Made by a program: the position numbers and the translations under genes. A DNA stretch of 64,000 bases from the human T2T-CHM13v2.0 reference genome, Homo sapiens. Location: the NCBI RefSeq assembly GCF_009914755.1, contig NC_060942.1; one strand, 5' to 3'. The notes under the pieces were generated by a model that saw nothing but the letters and a program-made list of their open reading frames with translations, did not search any database and was not told where the DNA came from. Positions 48,501 through 64,000 of the stretch are shown here, one piece after another; position 1 is the stretch's first letter, and every line of letters begins with the position of its first letter.

Positions 48501-51290
48501 AGACATCCAAATACAAGAACCACAAATAACACCTGGGAAATTCATCACAAAAAGATCTTAGCCTAGGCACATTGTCATTAGGTTATCCAAAGTTAAGACA
48601 AAGGAAAGAATCTTAAGAGCTGTGAGACAGAAGCACTAGGTAACCTATAAAGGAAAACCTGTCAAATTAACAGCAGATTTCACAGCAGGAACCTTACAAG
48701 CTAGATGGGATTGGGGCCCTTTCTTCAGCCTCCTCAAACAAAACAATTATCAGCCAAGAATTTTGTATCCAGCAAAACTAAACATCATATATGAAGGAAA
48801 GATACAGTCATTTTCAGACAAACAAATGCTGACAGAATTTGCCATTACCAAGCCAGGACTCTAAGAACTGCTAAAAGGAGCTCTAAATCATGAAACAAAT
48901 CCTGGAAACACATCAAAACAGAACTTCATTAACGCATAAATCACACAGGACCTATAAAACAAAAATACAAGTTAAAAAACAAAAACAAAGTACAGAGGCA
49001 ACAAAGAGCATGATGAAAGCAATGGTACCTCACTTTTTAATACTAATGTTGGTTGTAAATGGCTTAAATGCTCCACTTACAAGATACAGAACCACAGAAT
49101 GGATAACAACTCACCAACTAACTATCTGCTGCCTTCAGGAGACTCACCTAACACATAACGACTTACATAAACTTAAGGAAAGTGGTAGAAAAAGGCATTT
49201 CATGCAAATGGACACCAAAAGCAAGCAGCAGTAACTATTCTCATATGAGACAAAACAAACTTTAAAGCAACAGTAGCTAAAAGAGACAAAGAGAGACAGT
49301 ATATCATCTGTCACCTGACAGTCTCATCCAACAGAAAAATATGACAATCCTAAACATATGTGAACCTAACACTGGAGCTCCCAAATTTATAAAACAATTA
49401 CTAGTAGACATAAGAAATAAGATAGACAGCAACACAATAATAGTGGGGGACTTCAATACTCCACTGACAGCACTAGACAGGTCATCAAGACAGAAAGTCA
49501 ACAAAGAAACAATGGATTTAAACTATACTTTGGAACAAATGGACTTAACAGATATATATAGAACATTTCATCCAACAACCACAGAATACACATTCTATTC
49601 AACAGCACATGGAATTTTCTCCAAGATAGACCATATGATAGGCCATAAAATGAGTCTCAATAAATTTAAGAAAATTGAAATTGTATCACGCACTCTCTCA
49701 CATCACAATGGAATAAAACTGAAAATCAACTCCAAAAGGAATCTTCGAAACCATGCAAATACATGGAAATTAAATAACCTGCTCCTGAATGAGCATTGGG
49801 TGAAAAACGAAATCAAGATGGAAATGTAAAAAATTTCTTCGAACTGGATGACACAACCTATCAAGACCTCTGGGATACAGCAAAGGCAGTGCTAAGAGGA
49901 AAGTTTATAGCACTAAACACCTACGTCGAAAAGTCTGAAAGAGCACAGACAATCTAAGTTCACATCTCAGGGAACTAGAGAAGGAGGAACAAGCCAAACC
50001 CAATCCCAGCAAACAAAGGAAATAACCAAGATCAGAGCAGAACTAAATGAAATTGACACAACAACAACAACAACAAAAATACAAAACATAAATAAAACAA
50101 AAATTTGGTTATTTGAAAAGATAAAATTGATAAACCATTAGCAAGATTAACCAAGAAAAGGAGAGAAAATCCAAATAACCTCACTAAGAAATGAAACAGG
50201 GGATATTACAACTGACACCACTGAAATATTAAAGATTATTCAAGGGTACTATGAACACCTTTTAGCACATAAACTAGAAAACCTAGAAGAGTTGGATAAA
50301 TTCCTGGAAAAATACAACCCTCCTAGCTTAAATCAGGAAGAATTAGATACCCCAAGCAGACCAATAAAGCAAGCAGCAAGATTGATAGGGTAATTTAAAA
50401 ATTACCAACAAAAAAAGCCAAGGACCAGACGGATTCACAGCAGAATTCTACCAGACATTCAAAGAAGAAATGATACCAATCCTTTCACACTATTCCACAA
50501 GACAGAGAAAGAAGAAACCCTTCCAATTCATTCTATGAAGCCAGCATCAGCCTAATACCAAAACCATGAAAGGACATAACCAGAAAAGAAAACTACAGAC
50601 CAATATCCTTAATGAACGCAGATGCCAAAATCCTTAACAAAATACTATCTAACTGAATCCAACAACATATCAAAAAGATAATCCACCAAGATCAAGTGGG
50701 TTTCATACCAGTGATACAGGAATGGTTTAACATATGCAAGTCAATAAATGTGATACACCAAATAAACAGAATTTAAAAAAAACTCACATGATTATATCAA
50801 CAGATGCAGAAAAAGCATTCAACAAAATCTAGCATTGCTTTATGATTAAAGCTCTCAGCAAAATAGGCATACAAGGGACATACCTTAATGTAATAAAAGC
50901 CATCTATGACAAACCCACAGCCAACATAATACTGAATGGGGAAAAGGTGAAAGCATTCCCTTTGAGAATTGGAACAAGACGAGGAGACTACTCTCACCAC
51001 TCCTCTTCAACATAGTACTGGAAGTCCTAGCCAGAGCAATCATACAAAGGAAGGAAATAGAGGAAATCCAAATCGGTAAAGAGGAAGTCAAACTGTCACT
51101 GCTTGCTGACAATATGATCTTTCACCTTGAAAACCCTACAGACTCCTCTAGAAAGCTCCTAGAACTGATAAAAGAATTCAGCAAAGTTTCCAGATACAAG
51201 ATAAATGTACACAAATCAGTAACTCTTCTATACATCAACAGCTACCAAGCAGAGAATCACATCAAGAACTCAACCCCTTTTACAATAGCT

Positions 51291-51323
<33 letters not shown>

Positions 51324-51395
51324 TAGGAATATACCTAGCAAAGGAATCAAAAGACCTCTACAATGAAAATTACAAAACACTGCTGAAAGAAATCA

Positions 51396-51602
<207 letters not shown>

Positions 51603-52885
51603 TCATAGATGACACAAACAAATGGAAACGCACCCCCATGCTCATGGATGGGTAGAACCAATATTGTGAAAATTACCATTCTGTTAAAGGCAATCTACAA
51701 ATTCAATGCAATCCCCATCTGAACACCACCATCATTCTTCACAGAATTACAAAAACGATTCTAACATTAATATGGAACCAAAAGAGAGCCATGTAGCCAA
51801 ACCAAGGCTAAGCAGAAAGAACAAACCTGGAGGCATCACACTACTTGATTTCAAACTGTACAATAAGGCCACAGTTACCAAAACAGCATGGTACTGGTTT
51901 AAAAATAGGCATATACACCAATGGAACAGAAGAGAGAACCCAGAAATTAACCCAAATACTTACAGCCAACTGATCTTCAACAAAGTAAACAAAAACATAA
52001 AGTGGGGAAAGGACACCCTTTTCAACACATGATGTTGGGATAATTGGTGAGCCACATGTAGGGGAATAAAATTGGATTCTCATCTCTCACCTTATATAAA
52101 AATCGACTCAAGATGGATTAAGAACTTAAACCTAATACCTGAGCTATAAAAATTCTAGAAAATAACACTGGATAAACCCTTCTAGACATTGGCATAGGCA
52201 AGGATTTCATGATGAAGAACCCAAATGCAAATGCAATAAAAACAAAGATAAATAGTTGGGACTTAATTAAACTAAAGAGCTTTTGCATGGCAAAGGGAAC
52301 AGTCAGCAGAGTAAACAGACAACCCACAGAGTGGGAGAAAATCTTCATAATCTATACATCTGACAGAGGACTAATATCCAGAATCCACAACAAACTCAAA
52401 CAAATCAGTATGAAAGAAAAAAACAACCCCATCAAAAAATGGGCTAAGGACATGAATGGACAGTTCTCAAAAGAAGATATGCAAATGGCCAACAAACATA
52501 AATAAAAATGCTTAATATCACTAATGATCAGGGAAATGCAAATCAAAACCACAATGCAATACCACCTTACCTCCTGCAACCCAAAAATAAAAAAACAGTA
52601 GATGTTGCCGTGGATGCAGTAAACAGGGAACACTTCTACACTGCTGGAGGGAATGTAAACTAGTATGCCACTATCAAAAATAATGTGGAGATTCCTTAAA
52701 TAACTAAAAGTAGAACCACCATTTGATCCAGCAATCCCACTACTAGGTATCTACCCAGAGGAAAATAAATCATTATTCAAAAAAGATACTTGCACACGCA
52801 AGTTTATAGCAGTACAATTCACAATTGCAAAATCGTGTAACCAACCCAAGTGCCCATCAGTCAACAAGTGGATAAAGAAACTGTG

Positions 52886-52992
52886 AGATAGATATATATA
52901 GATAGATATATAGATATATATATATAGATAGATAGATAGATATAGATAAATATATATAGATATCTATAGATATATAGATATAGATATATATA
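52886..52992. repeat. Compound (TAGA)/(TA) microsatellite inside the L1
   Basis: GATAGATATATATAGATAGATATATAGA... expanded at the L1 'tatatacaatggaatac' site. Confidence 0.9.
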
Positions 52993-53379
52993 ATGGAATA
53001 CTATGTAGCCATAGAAAGGAATGAATTAACAGCATTTCCTGTGACCTGGACGAGATTGGAGACTATTGTTCTAAGTGATGTAACCCAGGAATGGAAAACT
53101 CAACATTGTATGTTCTCACTGATATGTAGGAGCTAAGCTATGAGGACACAAAGGCATAAGAATGATGCAACGGACTTTGGGGACTTGGGAGGAAGAGTGG
53201 GAGGGAGGCGAGCAATAAAAGACTATGAATATGGTGCAGTCTATACGGCTTGGGTAATGGGTGCACCATAATCTCACAAATCACCGCTAAGGAACTTACT
53301 TATGTAACCAAATACCATCTGTACCCCGATAACTTATGAAAAAATTAAATAAAAATAATAAATGAAAAATAAAGTATAA

Positions 53380-54484
53380 CACACCAAGAAAGTGAAGAGA
53401 TAACCCACAGAATGGGAAAAAATGATTGCAAACTATCCATCTGACAAAGGATTAATAACTGCAATATGTAAGAAGCTCAAACAACTCTACAAGAAAAAAT
53501 CTAATAACCTGGTCAAAAATGGCCAAAAAGATTTGAAGATATATTTCTCAAAAGAAGACATACACATGGCAAACAGGCATATGAAAAGGTGCTCAAAATC
53601 ATTGATAGAGAAATGCAAATCGAAACTGAAGTGTGACATCATCTCACTGGAGTTAAAATGGCTTATATGCAAAATACAGGAAATAACAAATGCTAGCGAG
53701 AATTTGGAGAAAAGGGAACCCTCATTTACTGTTGGTGGGAATGTAAATTAGTACAACCACTATAAACAACAGTTTGGAGGTTCCTCAAGAAACTAAAAAT
53801 TAAGCTACCACATTATCCAACAATCCTACTGTTGGGTATATACCCAAAAGAAAGGAAATCAGTATGTTGAGATATCTGTACTCCTGTGTTTGTTGCAGCA
53901 CTATTTACAATAGCTAAGATTTGGAAGCAACCTGAGTGTCCATCAAGAATGGATTAAAAAATGTGGTACATACACACCATGGAGTACTATTCAGCCCTAA
54001 AAAAGAATGAGAACCAGTCATCTGCAAGGCCATGGATGGAACTGGAAATCATTGTGTTAAGCAAAATAGCCAGCCACAGAAAGACAAACATCATATGTTC
54101 TCACTTATTTGTGGGATCTCAAAATCAACCCACTTGAACTCATGAACATAGAGAGAAGGATGATTACCAAAGGCTGGGAAGGATAGTGGGGAGCTAGGGT
54201 GAGGTGGGCATTGCTCATGGGTACAAAAAATAATTAGAATGAATGAGAGTCACTATTTGATAGCACAATAGGGTGACAATGGTCAATAATAACATAATTG
54301 TACATTTTAAAATAACTTAAAGTGTAATTAGATTGTTCACAACTCGAAAAATAAATGCTTGAGAGGATGGATGTCCCATTCTTTGTGATGTGATTATTTA
54401 ATTTTGTATGTCTGTATCAAAACATCTCATTTATGTTATAAATATATACACCTATGTACCCACAAAAATTAAAAATTAAAAAAT
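53380..54484 (+). mobile_element. 3' part of old L1MA-like element (spans the point where the window begins to repeat)
   Basis: Continuous ORF2 C-terminal/3'UTR sequence across 53894/53895 with no junction. Confidence 0.85.
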
Positions 54485-55732
54485 TATAAGACAGTTGACT
54501 CAATTTGAATTTTGGGTAATGTTATTATTTGTATAAATATCTTCCAATACTTGCTTAAACACATTACACATAAATATGCAAATATTGCTTAGCTATACTA
54601 AAATGTTATTCATTGCTCATCCCAATTTTAAACTTTACTGTGTTCCTTATATTTTCTTTCAGTAAATCTGACACATTCATTTTAAAAGTATCATAGGATT
54701 TACAATAACATAGTACAGATGTGAGGAAAAAAGAATAAAATAAAAATCCTTAGAGGTCATATGGGTTGGTAAGAGTATAAAAGAAAACTGAGTCCCATAT
54801 GATACATTAAAAACATAAATCAGGATGTACATCTCAGCTCTCACCAGGAGACGTGGCAACCAGAATGTCCTTGGGCTGAGGGTGAAGTCCCTGACCACTC
54901 TCAGAGACAGACAATGCAAATCAAGTTCATTCTAACTGTGCTTGATTAACCTTCAAAATTGTGTAAGTCCCTAAGCATATATATAATCATGAGTAGTTGT
55001 GGGGAAAATAACACCATTAAATGTACCAAAACAAAAGACCGATCACAAACACTGCCGATGTTTAGATCAGATGTGTGAAGCAAAGAAAGAGAGTATAATA
55101 AAAAATAATTTAAAGAAAATAGAGCTTGATAAATCTGTTTCTTCATCTTCATAATAATGTCAAATTTGTTGAGATTTTTTTTAAATGGCACGATTTGTCT
55201 ACAGATCTTTGTACTCTGGCTTAAATTAAATGTATATACAACTTATATAATAAAATACTGGGCTGTTTTATTATTATATTGACAATTTCTTAGTCACCAC
55301 TACTTTGATCATATTCTATAAATGGCACTGTGAGACCTATCACTGGTTATCAACAACATAAAGTGTTTATGACAATTTCATGTGACAGATGAAGGAAGTT
55401 TGGTTAGTGCAGTGGCAATAGTTGGCAACCGAGAAACTGAGCTCACAATTTTAGAAAAGTATTATTCTTTCTAACTAGATATTTCCATGAAAAGAACCTT
55501 GTGAAATGCAGAAATGCCAAAAGAATAATTATAAGATAATAACCAAATAACTAAAATACATCTCAATTTCTCTGACAATCTAACTTAATGCAGGGTACAG
55601 CCAGAATCATGATGTTTACAAACATAGACATTTACGATCTCGAGACATTTAATTATTAGCTGGTTGAGGAAAACAGTAGTAGAACTGTTATTGCAGAGAT
55701 AAAAGACAGAAAACAGTGGAAGGGCTTGATCA

Positions 55733-56292
<560 letters not shown>

Positions 56293-56330
56293 TCATGTCA
56301 TTTATTTTTTTTAATCTCAACATAATATAA

Positions 56331-56625
56331 CTTTTTTTTTTTTTTTTAAACAGAGTCTCACTCTGTCACCCAGGCTGGAATGCTGTGGCTAGATCTCGGC
56401 TCACTGCAACCTCCACCACCCTGGTTCAAGCGATTCCTCTGCCTCAGCCTCCCAAGTAACGGGGATTACAGGTTCCTGCCACCGTGCCTGGCTAATTTCT
56501 GTATTTTTAGTAGAGAGGGGGTTTCACCATCTTGACTAGGCTGGTCTTAAACTCCTGACCTCGTGATCCACCGGCTCGGCCTCCCAAAGTGCTGGGATTA
56601 CAGAAGTGAGCCACCGCGCCCAGCC
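56331..56625 (-). mobile_element. Alu (duplicate of 2437-2731)
   Basis: Same sequence at offset 53894. Confidence 0.95.
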
Positions 56626-57551
56626 AACGTTTCTTTTTTAAAGTGTGCAAGCTCTTTGACCATCATGTCTCTGTGCATCACTGCAATAAGATAACCAGAG
56701 CAACTGTTTCCACCGTGGAGTTGGGAGGAGATAAAGACACATCCTTTGTGCTTTGGGCGCTCTTATCAGGATCAGGGAGGCCCCTGCCCTCTGATTTTCT
56801 CTCTCTTAAATGTACAAAGTACAGAGATTTTTATCATGAATAATTTTAAGAGAAATTAAAAATTCTATATTGTTCAAGGACATGCAGGTTTTCTATTGAT
56901 CATGTTTCCTCTTGATATTATTAGGCCCTGGCCAGCCGCAAATGAACAATCTCTATCATCAACATTGTGTTCCTTTGCGTTTTAACCTTTCCTGATTCCA
57001 TTCTCTCTACCTTTTATTTTGAAGAAGCATAGACACCAGAAAACCCTATCCCTACCAAATGCCAAAAAAAAAAAACCCTAAAATTGTAAATATTAACATT
57101 TACAAGTCACATTTGGGAATATATAATTTAATTAGAAAATTACAATTTTAAACTTTCAGAGGAAGTGGTAGTAATATAAAACAGAGGACATTTTTATAAT
57201 AAGGAACTCTTATATTTTGCAAATTATTATTCTCTCATCACCAAATAGTGCTACCTAAAGTAATATACAACCAATTTAATAAGTTTAGTTTTAAAAAACA
57301 CAAAATTACAAAACAATTAATACAATATTTGAAATTATGATGCATATTGCCAGCCTCCCTTCAGGTAAAATTCTATTAACTCTACAAAAATTTTCTAAAT
57401 GGCAGATGTTACATTTCCAGAAAGCTTTGTGGTAACCAAAAAAGAATTGATTTATTAGCAATTTTTATATCACACTGAGACAAAATATTATTTGTGATAA
57501 ATATTGTTATGTATTTAAAACATCTCATGTATTAAGAAATCATACTTTAGA

Positions 57552-62056
<4,505 letters not shown>

Positions 62057-63329
62057 TACATAAATGCATAAAGTCTAGAACAGCTAATATATTATAATGA
62101 AATATCAACTATAATCCCAGCTCAAACAGAACACCATGAAATTATGAAGGGCTTTCCACAAATCTCTAAATTTATGTCTTCATAAGATTACATTTCTATT
62201 TCTTCTTGAATAATTTCCTTATTTGAGCTATGATTTAGTGATAGTAAGACGGTAATTATAAGGAGAAACTTCTCCCAACACTCCATTGAGAAAATTCTGC
62301 CTCATTTCACCACACACCAGAGTCTTAAGCAGTCACTTCTAATGTAGCTGAACAATAGATCCTCACCCACCTGAGTCTATGAATTGAATCAACATATGTG
62401 AGATAAGGCCCCCAAGGAGTGGTAGTAAGCTGGGAATGCCATCAGCTCATCTTCCTTCAGGCCTATATTTGTCATTGTCACTTGTAGAAGCAGGACAGCC
62501 CTGGCGTTGGGGTTGTTAGAAACAGAGAGTATCAAAGGGAAAACTGAAGTTCCCTAATTTTTGGAAAACAGCAGATTGGAGACAGATGGGCTCCAGCGTT
62601 TTCCATGTGTGAGGTCATTATCCCAGGTAGCCTTGCTCAGGACCTCAGGACCACATTTCTTGTCAGCAAAACAGAAGTCAAATGATATTTCTACCTTCCA
62701 AGAGAATAGAACATAATGTCAGATTTTCTCATGGATTCCCACAAGTTCAAGAAACTTTCATGGCCTTATTTAACTGCTTAAGCATTTCAACTAAAAAATT
62801 GTCTTTCAAATACACAGGAATCTATTTGGAATAATTTTAACCAGAAAAAGTTGGAATTCTAAAGTAAAAAAATGCATAAGGCAATCAAAATTTTTTACAG
62901 CTTTTAATTTAGATGTCAATGGGGAAAAAAACATTCTGAAATTTGCTTTTATACCATTAAAGACTTATTTTTTACTACCAGCAATACAGGGCAACTCATT
63001 CAGGTTGAATCTTGAAGGTAAACTTTAACTTAATTTTAAGTTTTGGCTAATTTTTAAGCATTTATCAATCACCTACCATGATTTCATCTCAGAAACCAAA
63101 ATCTCAATTTCATTTAGGCCTTTGAAATATTAAAACAGAAGGTTAAATGCTTCAAAAAAATATTCATGTAGAGGCTTATATATGTGGACCAGGAATCTCC
63201 CTGTATTACAAAGCTTATGAGAACATAACAAATGTTGATACACACATTTAATTCTAAAATAAAAACTTACAACAAATAAAACTGTAACAAATCAAGAAAA
63301 TTTTGTAGGTTTCACATTTTATGTCTGAA

Positions 63330-64000
63330 AATATAGGTATAAACACTCAAGGAAGGATAAAAGAAATCACAAGAGAAAATAGAAAATATCTAGAGACAAA
63401 TTAAAAATATGAAATACTGAAAGAGATACATCAAAAACAATACCATAAGGGAAAAATTTATAGCTATAAATGATAAAAAATAAGATACCGAATAAACAAC
63501 TTTACTCCTAAGGAACTAGAAACAGAGGGAAAAAGAGGGACTACTAAAAGAGGGACAACTAAAAGCTAGCAAAATTTAAAAATGATAAAGACAGCAGTGG
63601 AAATAAGTGAAATAGAGAAGAGAAAAACAATATGAAAAATCAACAAAACCAAGTTTGTTCTCTGAAAAAGATCAAAACTGACAAAATTTTATCTAGATTG
63701 ACTAAGGAAAAAAAGGGAATACTCAAATTACTAAACTCAAAAATAAAATGGGGTACATTACTAACAAATTTTTGGAGTAAAAAAAGGATGTATGAGAGTA
63801 CCATAAGGAACTATACACTAAAAAATTGAATAACCTAAATAAAATGAACAAATTCCTAGAACAAAAAACCTACTAAGACTGAATCAGAAAAGTTGAATAA
63901 ACCTATTCAGCAAGGAGATTCACCAAGAAGATGACATCAGTAATCAAAAACCCAGCAACAAAGAAAAGCCTGGACAAGATGGCTTCACTGTTGAAATCTA
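63330..64000 (+). mobile_element. Old L1M ORF2 remnant (duplicate of ~9430-10096)
   Basis: Matches copy 1 apart from small indels and one substitution. Confidence 0.8.

Overview
Human (or great-ape) subtelomeric DNA, most likely the distal tip of chromosome 18p, judged from a TUBB8B-type tubulin gene. It is eukaryotic and repeat-dense, with no CRISPR, operon, rRNA or tRNA. The dominant structure is a ~53.9 kb head-to-tail repeat: bases 1-10096 recur almost identically at 53895-64000. One full unit contains L1/Alu/LTR debris, a near full-length L1PA2-type element, a FAM166A (CIMIP2A) pseudogene lying tail-to-tail with an intact 4-exon 444-aa beta-tubulin gene (minus strand), an ERV pol remnant and an old L1. 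That old L1 stops abruptly at a ~650 bp interstitial (CCCTAA)n tract, followed by TAR1, a perfect 16 x 29 bp CpG array (TERRA-promoter type) and a CpG island. The repeat unit therefore looks like a whole chromosome end (telomere tract + TERRA promoter + oocyte-type tubulin gene) that has been tandemly reiterated. The two visible copies differ almost only by 1-bp indels, so assembly error or a circular-contig overlap must be excluded. Gene names and repeat subfamilies are from recall of sequence, not database searches.
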